The notes under the pieces were generated by a model that was given only the letters and a program-made list of their open reading frames with translations, searched no databases and had not been told where the DNA came from. The position numbers and the translations under genes are program-made. A DNA stretch of 38,969 nt from Moniliella sp. 'wahieum' (taxonomy: Eukaryota), in contig RSEE01000101.1 of assembly GCA_003971905.1 (NCBI GenBank), positions 186,001 through 224,969 on the forward strand, given 5' to 3'. Below are positions 23,929 through 35,971 of this stretch, one piece after another. Position 1 is the stretch's first letter, and each line of letters begins with the position of its first letter.

Positions 23929-24356
23929 GGTGGTGGGGGAGAGCGCCGAGAAGGCCGGCAGCCGGCTGCGGCCGTCCGCCGCCTCCGCCCGAACGCACCT
24001 GGCTGACGTCAGCTGGTCTGCAACGTGTGGGGCTTCCGCGGGGGGCGGAATGGGCGGCGGGGTGATGGGTGTGATGTGCGGGTGATGCCCTGCCCAGTCC
24101 ATCACGTGCATCACGTACCTCCCTTGCCATCCCCGCTGGTGCCCTGTTCCCGTCCTATGCCCCCCACGTGCGATTACCCTGCTAACCCCTAACTGAGCCA
24201 ACCGGGACAGACCGAAACTCGAATATGATTGCGACGGGGAGCTGATGGAAGGAGAAAACGTGAGTAGGACATGAATTGACACAGGGAGCAGGCAGAACGG
24301 CGGCGAAACAATACGGTTGCCGTGGCAGCGCTGGTGGTCTGGGCTCAAAGCCCAAG

Positions 24357-24389
24357 GGCTCGAGGCTCGAGGCTCGAGGCTCGAGGCTC
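24357..24389. repeat. (GGCTCGA)4.7 heptamer tandem repeat just past the RING-CH gene stop
   Basis: Read directly. Confidence 0.9.
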
Positions 24390-24436
24390 AAGGACCGATG
24401 GCCAAGCACCAAGCACCAAAAAGAACCAGAGAAAAG

Positions 24437-27355
24437 TCAGGTGCGATGCGGGGACAAGTCCAGCACCTCGCGCTCCAGAAGCAACTTTGTCTCGACCGAG
24501 CGGAGGCGGCCATACATGATTGCCAGGGGCAGGAAGGGGCCCAAGACGGCAGCCACACGGACATGGTTCAAAATGATCTCCAGCGAGCCATACAGGTTGG
24601 CCAGGTCGCTGAGAAACTCACTGGCCAAAGGACGAGGACGACGAGCGGGCACCGATTGCCGCTGCAGCCGCCTCGGCCCGAACCTGAGCCCGACCTGGCT
24701 CAGCTTCATCTGGCCTACCGCCTGCGTCCGGCCAGTGGTCTGCGTCGTGCCATCTTGCGCCACATCGTCCCTCTCAGCCGGTACGTCTGCCCTCCAAGCG
24801 TGGCCCCCCTCCTCGCCAGCCTCCTCTTCCCCCTCGGCCCCTGGCCCCGGGCCAATTTGCAACCCCAGCTCAAACGTGCCCAAGCGCAGGTGAATGTCGG
24901 CTTGGGGTGGCCTTCGGGCCTTTCGGGCCTTTCGGGCCGGTCGGGGGCGCCCTGGTGGTCAGGCTGATCTGCTTGCTCGCCGCACGGGTTAAAAGGGTAC
25001 ACGTGATCCAGCTCTGCAGTTGAGCCGGAAGCCACGGAAGAGAGTACGTGCAGGCCCGGTAAGGAAGAAGCGTGTGCCTTCCGATAGAGACGCCGGGAGG
25101 AGAGCACGATTTGGCCCCAAAAGATCCAGAGGTGGGAGTGACAGAGCATGATCATCGTGTGCAGCAGCGCAGAGCAACAACAATAGGCGCGCCTAGCGTC
25201 ACGGCAGCGCGGGCGCGCGTGAGCAGCGGCAGGCGTCCTGCGCCTGGGCGCGGGCTACGACCGAGACGGAATCCCACGGCTTGATGTGCCCAATGGGCAA
25301 CTCGCTACTGTCCACCAAGCCGCGGTAGACGTCGAGGGGCGTCTCGTGCGCCAGCGGGTCCTGGGATCCAAGATGCACGCACCAAGCGCCGCACACCCTC
25401 GGCCGCCGTGTCGTCGGGAACCGTCCAAGGCGCCGAGGTCCACCGCGACGTTGTGGCGCGAAGACGGGCAATGGTATTGCTCGCGCGGGCGAGGGGGGCC
25501 AAGAGGGAATCGGCAATGATGGGCAGGCCTGGCGAACCGGCCAAGTCTGGGTAAAGAACAGTTCTTGCGCCACACCCACGACCGTACACCGACAAGGGGT
25601 ACCCCCCCCACCAGTCGGCCCAGTAGGGCCCTAGCAACGCCGGGCCAGCAGCTAGCACCACTTGCAGCACCCAGCCCGCCACCACTCTCTGGCGGACCGA
25701 ACAGGAACGTGGGCGCCAGGCACGATGCGCGGAGCGGAGACGCAGCTTCGAATTGTTGTCGCAAGAGGGCCACCAAGCCCAACAGCCCATCCGCGTCAGC
25801 AGAAACACGCCGTCCCACGCAAATGGTCGGCATCAAAGATGGCGAGCATGCCGCACCGGAGCGGGCCAAGCCATCGGCCAAAGCCCTTCCTCCTTCGGAC
25901 AAGATAAGCCGGCAACTTGAAGTCCAAACCAAGACCCCAAAACAGAGCGTCAGTAAGGAGTGGATCCAGTTGACCACCGCCCATAGCCCGTCGACCATTG
26001 CGACCGTTGCGACCGTTGCGAGCTGCAGTGCCACGGGCCGAGGATTGGACGCTGGTTGGAACGAATGGAGTTTCCAGCATGCGTGTTAAAGGCGGCAGTA
26101 TAATGTGGCGAATGGTGACTGAACGCAGGTAGGGCAAGTGTCCCGCTGGGCCTCACCAGAGCGGACGGCTGGGTCGGCGGAAGCTGGATCGGGAGCAGTG
26201 CTGGCTTCGATCAGCCGATCAATGTCCAGGTCGGCGGGCGCGCGCGCAGGGCGCGGTCGCCGCCCCAAAACAAAACGTCGTCCTCCGCATCTTCCTCAGT
26301 GACATGAAACAGGGGCAACTCGAGGTCGTCCGGTTGGTCGGGTGAGAGAGATTCGAGAGATTCCGGCGCGGGGGCGAGGTGAAAAGGAGAACAAAAAGGT
26401 CAGCGGGGACTTGGACTTTGGTGGGGAGGGAATGTCGTCTGAAGCATCCAGCTGAGCAAGCAGTGGGTCGTAGTTTTCTTGGGACGACCATAGCTCAGGC
26501 ATCTCGACCCATGCGGGTCTGTCCGCTTGGTCTCGAACACAAGCCGGATGGCTTCCAGGCTCGAACGGGCGACCGAGTCGAGTGGTTCACGGCGCCAATT
26601 GAGTGAGTCGCCCGGCCGGCCCGGTCCATAGTGAGTGACGGTGATCAAAGGCCGGGCGGTGGCGAGGTGGATGTGGTACGTGGGCGGGGACGGGGAGGTC
26701 AAGGATCGGAGCATGGAGGTGGTGGATGTCCAGGTGCCCAGCAACTGAATGGCAGAGATGGACATGAGGCCAGTGGAGAACAGTACCAGCACGAGCAACG
26801 CGGCGGCGAGCAGGCGCAGTGGCTGGCAGTACGCCGCCCAGACGGCCGCTGGGCCTCCGCGGGGGAGAGAAGCGGTAGCGCAGACCACATTGGGGACACG
26901 CGGCGGCGGCGGTGGTGCTGGTCGAGGAGTGTCGCCAGCGCTTCAGACATCCAACGTGGATCCAGGCCACGGAGCCGCTGCAGAGACACGGAGCGATCAG
27001 GGGTCCCAGCTGGCCCCGGCGCCATCGTCGGCCAAGGGGTCGTCGCCAGTCAGACAGACGCGGCAGCTGGGCCCGTCGCTGTCGTCGTCGCTGTAGATGT
27101 CGTCATCGTCGTCGCCTTGGGTGTGGAATGGGATGGAGCTGGAGGGGGAGAGCTGGGACGGATCAGCAGCTGGGGGCTCGAGGGGCGGCGGAGCAGCACC
27201 CGCTCACGCTCCAGCTCGACCGAGAGGCTGCGGCGGGCGGCGTGGGCGTACTGGCGCACGGCGGGACGGAAGGCGGGGAGTGCGCCCAGCAGATCCTCGA
27301 CCTCGAGGCGGTCGAGGAGGTCGTGGTCAGGCGCATCGCCAAGCCGCGCATCCAT
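24437..27355 (-). CDS. RING-CH (RINGv/MARCH-type) membrane E3 ubiquitin ligase; frameshifted, internal structure uncertain
   Basis: C4HC3 finger CRVCL...DP-LIAPCLCSGSVAWIHVGCLKRW...CPQC (~26870-27065), followed by hydrophobic segments (LRLLAAALLVLVLFSTGLMSI; LWAVVNWIHSLLTLCFGVLVW; VAAVLGPFLPLAIMY) and ending ETKLLLEREVLDLSPHRT*. That this is a single gene is an inference. Confidence 0.75.
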
Positions 27356-27822
27356 CCATGGCGGCGAGAAGAGGAGAGGAGGAGGGGGTGGTGTGGGGAT
27401 GGGGATGGAGCGGCGAGGGCGGCGTGGATGTGGCAGCCGGCGGCAACGCCAACCAGCGCCAGGCGGTTTGGTTTCAATTGCAACGGGGCTAAGGCAACTC
27501 GCCACGCCTAGTGGCTACCATCGGAATCGTACCCAGTAAACCCACCGGCCAAGCCAGGCGCACTCAGCGCTGAGGGCGCCCACCGGTGAAGAGTCGCTGA
27601 TCTGTGCGCTGCCACATGCCACATGCCACCGCCGATGGGCCCGGCCACCATGACGTCATTCTGCTGAGCACCCTCCTTCTCGACGCCCACTCAGACCATC
27701 CGTGGGGGCTCCTCGTCTTCGGCTCGGCTGCCTTCCCCAGCACCCTCTGCACCTCCCCTCCCCCTCCATCTCCATCTCCACCGCCACCGCCACCGCCACC
27801 TCCCTCTCCAGCGCCCGCTGCG

Positions 27823-30800
27823 ATGGCCACCTACCACTACGGCAGCGGCTGGTCCTCCCGCCGGCCCATCCCGACCGTCAACCAGTTCCTCAACGAGCAT
27901 CCCGACCTCGCCCCCCGCAGCGTCCCGCGCCCGACGGCCCCGCCGCCTCCAACGCCGCGCCAGACGGTAGCCAGCCCGCGCCCGACCTCTCTTCCGCCCA
28001 CTCCTCCCGCTCCGAGTCGCCGCAGCCCCCAACGCCCCTCACGCCCAGCAACCCATCCCAGCCCCTCTCGCCCCCAGCCGCTCCCGGCACTACGCTCTCC
28101 CGTCCGCCGCCCTCTCCGTCCGAGCCTGTCTCCAGTGCCGAACGCGTGCCCTCCTACGCCCACCCCACTGGGTAGCCCACGACGATGCCGAGGCTCAGGC
28201 GCGGGAGAAGGAGCATCTCAAGCAGGCCGCTGGCCCGGCCGAAAAGCCGGCAGCGTTCCAGGCGCGCGGCGCGCGCGTCGTCACTGACCCAATCACCAAT
28301 ACCGATGTAGTCATTACCGACTCGAGCCCGCACATGGTCGTCGACCCGCAAATGCTCAGCTCGCTGTATGGCATTGGCTTTAGCACCCGCACCCTGCCCC
28401 GCCGCAAGCTCAAGAAGCACAACGAACTCTATACAGTGTCTACCCTGCCCAGCCCAGCAATGCGCTCCTCTACCCTTTCCCCCTCGTCCCGATGCCTCCA
28501 CTCCCAGGCGACGCAAGTCACCCGGGTGCTCTTTGCCCGTTTGGCCACGTCCTGCACCATCGCGCTCACCCTCGTCTGGATCTTGACGGTGCTGCTGGAC
28601 GTGAACCTTCGAGCAACATGAGCTGGGTCAAGACCTGGTTCCGCTTCACGTACCGCACCCTTGGGCTTGTGGTGCTGGCCTATGTACTTCGCTACGCGCT
28701 CTACTTGGCTGGGGAGCGGATCGAGACCGAGTTGAAGCAAGTGCAGTCGCGCATGTACCAAGCTCGCGGGACACGTTACCCGCCCCCTGTTCCCGAAAGC
28801 GCAGGCTGGCTCAATACCTTTATCGCTACCCTTTGGCGCCAGCTCGACCCACAACAGTTCTGCCCATTGCCGACTCGATCGAGGCGTCGATCCAACCTTC
28901 CTTGCCGCCGTTCATTTCGGGCGTCAAGATTGACGATCTGGGATTCGGCATTCGCCCACCCAGGTCGTCTCGGTACGTGGCTTGGCCGACTTGATGACCG
29001 ACCCCAACTACCCACGCGAAACGTGGATGAACCTGGGCTGTCCCATCGTGGCCGTGCCTCCAGCCCTGCGGGCAAGTCCTCTCCCGTGTCCGGTCCAAAC
29101 ATCGACGGACGGTTCGGTGAAGCAGCCACGCAAGTCCTCTCCCGTCCCCCTACGCCCTCGGCTACCTCGTCTCTGCCAGCTGGTGAGGCCAATGGCGTTC
29201 ACCGCAGCACCTCGGAGTCAGAGCCGGGGGTGTGGCGACGCAAGTATCCAGCCTCGCCCGAGCCAGGCAGAAGAGGAGAACCAAACAATGGTGTCTGATG
29301 CGGATGGCGCCGCAGACGGTGCGGGAGACAAGGCCGCATGGGTCCGACGACCCTAACGACCTGGATGGGGATGGCGTTTCGGATGACGAGGAGAGTGGAG
29401 ACTTTTTGAACTATGAACTTGCCTTGGTGTATGACGCTTTGGATCGCGGTCATTGGGCGGACAGCAGTGCGGGGATGCACACGGGCGCGTCGAGCAATGC
29501 ACATTTGGCGATCAATGTGTTGTTTAAGCTGCTCGGGCGTGTGATCCCCTTCCCCATCTGGATCGCGATCGAACAACTGTCGGTTTCGGTTCGTGTGCGT
29601 GCGCAGCTGATTTCCGCCGCCGTATATGCGGAATGTGTCGGTAGGCTTGTTGGGGACACCTTTGGTCTCGGTTAGTGTGCGACCATTTCGGTGTGGTGCC
29701 CAACTTGATTGACCTGCCCTTTGTCCACCGCTTTGTCCAAAGTACCTTGGCTACGGTTTGCCAGGCCTATGTCATTCCCAAGTCTATCACGGTCAATCTA
29801 GCCGAGGCAATGGCGGGCGAGGGGTAAAGAAGGAAGACGCTGCGGTGGTGGTGGTGGTACAGATTATTGGGCCGGCGGATGCCTGAGTAGCCAGGACGCC
29901 AACGGGTACTCGGATCCTTACATTATTGTGTCCCTGGCCAAGTTTGGACGGCCTCTGTACTCGACCCGAATCATCTTAAGGACCTGAACCCGGTCTGGAA
30001 CGAAACGGCCTTTGTCTTGATCACCAAGGCGACATTATGGCCGAAGAAAAGATTTCGCTGCAGCTGTGGGACTCGGATATGCACACTGCGGATGACATTG
30101 TTGGTCGTGTTGCGGTACGTTTGCTTCTTTCCCCCTCCCTAAGTGGAGTGTGTCTATGCCTGCCTGCTAACGGATGAGTCTGCTCATACAGAAAAACGTG
30201 ATTGATCTGATGGAGACGCCAAACCATTCATCGAGTACACCGAGGGTCTGATGGGCTTGAAGATGCAGACTCGATGGCCGGACGGTTAACCTATCGGATC
30301 GGATTCTTGAACTGGCCCAGTTTAGCCGCGCGCAGCACGACAACTCGGCCGTTCAGCTTCGCGTTCAGGAGGCTCAGCGCCGGTCCGGCGGCAGGCGCAC
30401 CGCCAAGGCAAGAATGCCAAGGACACGGACGCCATGTGTCAGAGTGCCAAGCGCGTGTTTTACACCACGTCCAAGACGAGGAAGATCGCAACCGTGCCGT
30501 GGTTAGGTAGAAGGAAAGGACGAGTCCACGGCCGAGGCGCTGGCTCACAAAGCCGCCTTGGAAGCGCGTGCCCCTGCGCCAGCACGAAAACACGAACGTG
30601 TTTGGCAATCGCACCGTTGATCCCGACTTGGATGCCAGTAAATCGCCCCCGGACCCCAATTGGCCGTCGGGCGTGCTTCGGATTGGGTTGGAGAACATTG
30701 AAGGGTTGGAGATGCGCGGGCCGAGTGAGACACGCGTGGGCGGGAGAAGCAGAGAAGCTACGTCATCGTACTGCGAGGTGATTGTGGATGGGGAGGTGGT

Positions 30801-32445
30801 ACACACGACGCGGGTGCGGCAGTACACCAACATGCCCTTCTTGATGCGTCAGTGGAGATCTTTGTGCGCGACTGGCGCGAGTGCAGGGGGTGGTGTGCGT
30901 ACGTGATGCGGTGGTGGTGCGCGCTTACGACCCCATCATTGGCATGTCCTTCTGGACTTGCCGCGCTTGCTGACCAAATCGAGCCAGTGCGCCAACGGTT
31001 CCAGATCGAGCACGGGGCCGGCGTAGGTAAGGCAAGCATCAACCTCTCTTTCCGCTCGGTTTCAGCTCCATCTGCCTCGGGTCTTGGTCGGTGCGCAGAC
31101 GGCAACGGTAGAGATCCTGTCCCGATTACCATCGATTTCCTCCCTCGGAGCGAAGTGGACTCGCACCGTGCGCACCGGAAAATGCGACACGTAATGCGCG
31201 TGCCTCGTACGTTTCCATCGGTCGGCAATCAAGCGGTTGGACGACATTGCCTCCAATCAATCTGTCCGAAGACCCGGGGGAGGCAGAGGAGCTCTATGAC
31301 GGGAGACACACACCAAGCTTCCTGCGACCGCGCTGACGGCCGACTCGGAGGCCGGCATCAGTTCCGCCGGGGCCAAGGCGCACCCATTCGAATTGGGGTG
31401 TACGATCGCTTTTCTGCCCCGGTGGGATTCTTGTTTGGGGTCCGGGCGGGCTGGGCGCAGCAGGGGTCCAGTGGCCGCAAGGCGCCGTATCAAGCAGCGT
31501 CGCTCGGACGCGATCGCTGTGGGCTGGCTGACGGATTTGGAGGACAACGTGGGACGGGGGTCGAGTTGCCCTGGTGATCGGCAAGAACTTGGAGATCCTT
31601 TCGCGCAACTACCTTACCCTCTTCGCTCACCAGCGCAGACCAGGGCCGCTATACGATTCGCGCCAGCACCAGCACGTTCCGTCGTCCGTCACGATTGCCA
31701 AGTCGTTCACGATGGATGGTGAGGAGGAGGAAGGACTTGGACGGTTCGGTCCTGAGATCCACTGCTGCCCATCATGACTTACCCAGATTGGCACGCTCAA
31801 GGTCAAGCTCGTTGTGCTCTGGGCTGTCAGATGCGCATGCGGCGGACGCTGCGTGCGGACGCGGTGATTGGGCAGCATGCCAAACACGCTACGAAGTATT
31901 TGCTCATCTGAAACCCGATGCGGTGCGCAAGCGCGATTGGCGCTTGGACTTGGGCCTGCCGGACCTGGGTCTTGCGGGATTAGGCTTTGGTTCGGACAAG
32001 GGAGGCGACAAGGCAGATGGGCAGCGTCTCGGTCGTGTTGGGTCCCTCTTTTCCTTCTTGACTGGCGGAGGAGGGAAACACCATGGTCCGACGGCCTCAG
32101 CGTCCTCCTCTGCCCCGCCCGCGTCCCCTTCGGCACGCTGGGCTGCACGCCTGCCACGCTCAAGGTCCAGCGCCAGCAACCTTGTTGGTCATTCGGGCAA
32201 GGACGCAGAGCCAGAATCTGCCACTTGCGATGGGGCTGCTGCTCCCACGCCCGACCCATCTCACGCCCAGGACAGCAGCGCTGGTGCACCCCCCTCCACT
32301 GAGGTGGACAGCACGTCCACCTCGAAACATCCGCACGAACCACTCTCACCCCACAAATCCCTCACGGGCTCGCTGCGCTCCAGGGCCAAGCGGCTCAGCC
32401 TGCAGTCCGACAAGCTGCACCGCCCGTGTCGTGTCGGACACATAA
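27823..32445 (+). CDS. Mug190/tricalbin-like SMP + C2-domain membrane-contact protein; frameshifted, at least one intron
   Basis: N-terminal WSSRRPIPTVNQFL and RVVTDPIT; TM segments; SMP start PESAGWLNTFIATLW...SLPPFISGVKIDDLG; C2A SQDANGYSDPYIIVSLAKFGRPLYSTRI...LNPVWNET...LQLWDSDMHTADDIVG; C2B PPDPNWPSGVL...SSYCEVIVDGEVVHTTRVRQYTNMPF...EIFVRDW. Confidence 0.88.
30115..30191 (+). other. Intron in SMP-C2 gene (77 nt)
   Basis: GTACGT donor, GCTAAC branch and CAG acceptor directly after DDIVGRVA. Confidence 0.85.
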
Positions 32446-33205
32446 CGAACCAAACAAACCAAAACCCCTTTCTTTCCCTGACCTTTTTTATACTAAAACG
32501 TACTCTGGCCTCCCCCATTCCTTCGGTTTCCAGATTCCATATGTCCTTCCCCCCGTTCGCGAAGTTGGTTCGGCCCAGCTGTTCCCTATCAATGTCATAC
32601 TGAAAGTCTGTGTTGTCATCGTGCTCTCCCGCGTGGGCGGGCGAACCCTGGCGGAGGGAGAGGGTGGAGAGATTGATACAAAACAGGCTAAAACCCATTC
32701 AGAGAGAGAATGGACGATGAAGAGAGACCCAGTGGTTGCGCGACGTCTCTCCGCACCCAGACACTCGTTCTTGCCGTCCTGCTATATGGGCAAAAGACAA
32801 AAGGCCACAACGTCAAGCAGACACAGTAGAGTGGTTGGTTCGTTCTATTTTGCTCTGCTTTGGAACTCAGTGCCAAGTTTTTCAGCCTCTGTGCATACGA
32901 CTCTAGTACAACTATTACGTTTCCTCGCCTTTCTTCCTCCTTTCCCTTAGTTTTGTGTTGTACCAACTGGGCAAAGACAACTCTCGTTTCAATTAGGACC
33001 GCAGTCACATACGGCTCACGACGCGCACGCCCAGGTTGTGGCACCTACCTCTTCTGTGGCTGCGGTGCGCAGCGACATTGCCAGAGATGGACCGTTGCCA
33101 TGGGCAAGGAACGATGCTCGGTGCCGCCGTGGCCAAGGCGGCGTGCAAACCCAACAGGCAGACGAGGTACAAGATGCATGCGAGCAGGGGGAGGACCACC
33201 ATGGT

Positions 33206-33225
33206 ATGTAATGTAATGTAATGTA
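33206..33225. repeat. (ATGTA)4 pentamer repeat in convergent 3' intergenic region
   Basis: Read directly. Confidence 0.88.
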
Positions 33226-33320
33226 ACAAAAAAGACAAGTGCGCCGGTCTACCGATCTCGTGCTTGGCTCGACCCACAATCAACAGGTGGGGGAGGACAA
33301 GTAGAGGCGCTGGAGCACTA

Positions 33321-35183
33321 CTAGGTTGGGACGAGGCGATGGCAGCGGCGCCAGCGCGGTCGGCAGGTCCAGTCGTACACGTCGTCGTTTGGACGAAGCG
33401 GCAGAAACTTCGCTGCGTGCCGGGCTGGGGTGGTTGTGGCGCCAAGCCCGGGCCCAGGGCCGACAAGGAACGGGACACATCGTCCTGCCAAAGCACGTTT
33501 ACGCTGTACGCTCATCATGCGCGCCTGTTCCATCCACCCGTCCACGCGGTCCAGTGATTCCCCAAATACCACCGTCACGCTCCGCAGCACATCCAAGCTT
33601 TCCACTGCCAGAGTGAACACGCGCGCAGCCTGGGCCGGCGCCGGGTCTTCCTGCGCATGCGTCGCCCAGCGCGCCGGGAGAGCCAAGATAAATCCGCGCA
33701 CGGCACTGCGCGCGGGAGCCGGTAAAGCTCGTCCCGCATACTTGCTTACCACCTCCACTACCCCGCGCATCGTGCCCACCACATCGCCCCGAATTTGGGT
33801 CAGGTCGTCTGGCGGCACCACGTCGGCGTACCCCTGCCCCGCTGCACCATCATGTCCCGCAACGAGGTAATGTGGTGCTCCATGTGCGCCGTCGCGTATT
33901 GCAGCCACTGCAAACAATTTTAGTGACTTGATCGATTCGGGCGAACGCGCCATGGCACCCTGCAGTCCCCCCAGCTCCTCGCCCCGCTCGCCCCGCGCAC
34001 TGGGCGTTGGCCTCCCCCGATTTCGCGGGCCAGGAACCGGGTCGGGGTACGGCCGCGCGCGATGCGAGTGCGTGTGAGGGTGGGAGTGCGAATGCGGATG
34101 CGAGTGGGGATGGGAGGGGGAATGCGAAGGTAGAGATAGAGGTGCAGGAACAGGTACACCAGCGGTTGGGTCCCATGCGCGCGGTGCAGGGCATACTTGA
34201 GCATTGCCCGTCGTTCTTCTGCCCTTTGCGATTCGGGAAGAAGAGCGAGATGAGCATGAATCGAAGCGTGAAGAGCGTCCCTCTCGTGGCGGGCAAGAGG
34301 GTGTCCAAGTGCGCCTCGGCCGCCTCGTCGTCCACTACGACCGCCTCCTCGCTCGAAGGCAAGATCCTGTCCAACTGTCTTCGTGCAAACCCATCGAGAT
34401 GTGCACGTTTGACTCGCCCAGGTAGTCACCCACTTTCGACATGACTGGCCGACCAATCGAACCCACCAGATCCGCTCCGTACTGCACCGTATCAGTCCTT
34501 GTCAACACGCATGCGGGCAAGACACAGAAAAAAAAGCAATCCTACCAGGCAGGCAGGCAGACAGGCAGGCAGGCACACGTACTTTGACCAGGCGGGACTT
34601 TTGCTTGGCTTGTTCAATCGCATCGAGGGTACTACGAACAATGGGGTGCGCCCCGACCCCATCCTCGCCCTCGTCGGCCTCCATCGCCTCCTCCGCCCCT
34701 CGGTCTCACCGTCAACAGAGAGGGGGCAGCGTCGGAAAGGGGCTGGAGAGCGAGTGGATGCGCCCTGGTTCCCGTCCGAGAGCAAGGTGGGGGACTGGAT
34801 GGCAGGTGGGGGGCGCAGGCGCCGTGGCTCGGCTACCGTCTGACTGGAGCCCGCGTCGGAGGGGAGGAGCGGCGGCCAGGGTGCGGAGCGCATGTCGGTC
34901 AGCGCCGAGATGGCCAGCTGCACCTCGCGCGACTCGGCGAGGGAGAGGGTGCGCAGGCGGTCGGGCAAGCGCGGTCGAGCAGCGCAGGTCGGGCGCGGCG
35001 TCGTCGGGGCCGGCGCGCGGCTCGGGCTGGCTGGGCGGGGGGTCGGCGGAAGCGGAAGACTGTGGTGGTGGTGTGTGGTGGTGGTGGTGTGAGCGCTGGA
35101 GAGGGGGTTGCTGGGAGACTAGGCTAGGCAAAGGAGGGATGGGCTGGAGAGATGAGGTGGTGCGAGAAATGCCTCGGACGCAT
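33321..35183 (-). CDS. OPI1: Opi1-family transcriptional regulator; frameshifted, one intron, both ends approximate
   Basis: EVQLAISALTDMR; AKQKSRLVK|YGADLV; SPESIKSLK-CLQWLQYATAH; DVVGTMRGVVEVVSKYAGRALPAPARSAVRGFILALPARWA; ARVFTLAVESLDVLRSVTVVFGESLDRVDGW. These match conserved fungal Opi1 blocks. Confidence 0.88.
34482..34582 (-). other. OPI1 intron (101 nt) containing a (GCCT)n microsatellite at 34546-34575
   Basis: AAA|GTACGT donor and CAG acceptor. Splicing restores SRLVK|YGAD. Confidence 0.85.
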
Positions 35184-35971
35184 GGACCGATGAGGGATGA
35201 ACGTGAGAATGGCCAGGCACGAGGCACGCCGGACGCTGCGCGACTCAGATCTGACTTGGGATTCACTATTCACTCGCACCCACTGTCCATCTTCCATGCC
35301 ACATCCCATATCAGACGCTTGCCAGCCCATGCCCATCCGCCACAGCCACTGGCCACCCGTCCTAGTCCTCGTCCCTCCTCCCGCTGCACCCATGCTCGTC
35401 TGCGATCTGAGCCTGGCTGGGCCGTCTGAAAGCCGCCTCCCTCCGCCTGCCCGACACCGCCTCGCGCACCCACACCGCCCCCGCGCCCCCCGCCCGCTTT
35501 CACGCCGCCCCCTGTCGCACCCGCCCAGCCCACCTGCCCTCGCTGCCCCCCGCATGCCACACGCAAGGGGCGACAGGAGGTATTCACCATCACCGGTCGC
35601 CATCACCCTCCCCCCGGGCAGCATTCAGCATTCAGCAACAAGCCACACAGCCCCCACACCGCACAGCACATCACGTGCTGGGCGGCATGGCACATGTCAG
35701 CGCGCCCCCCAGGCCACCTGTGTGTCTGGGCCGCATCCAATCTTCAATCTGCATGCGTCATGCTAGCCTATTCTCTGCTGCTCGCATTGTCTTTCTCTCA
35801 TGGCGCCACACACCGCCACACCCACAATCGCCCCATCTCGCATCCGCTGCTTCTTTCCTTTCACGAGCAACTGCGTTGGTCGCACCGCCACATCTACACG
35901 GGAAACAGGAGGGAGGTAGCTGCCCATTCATAGCATGCGAGCGGCAGACGCCACCCCAACCCTATAGTAGT

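Noticed and set aside
34185..34240. Possible duplicated Opi1 motif (ESQRAEERRAMLKYALHR versus ESIKSLK-CLQW)
   Set aside because: The similarity is short and the reading frame here is uncertain.
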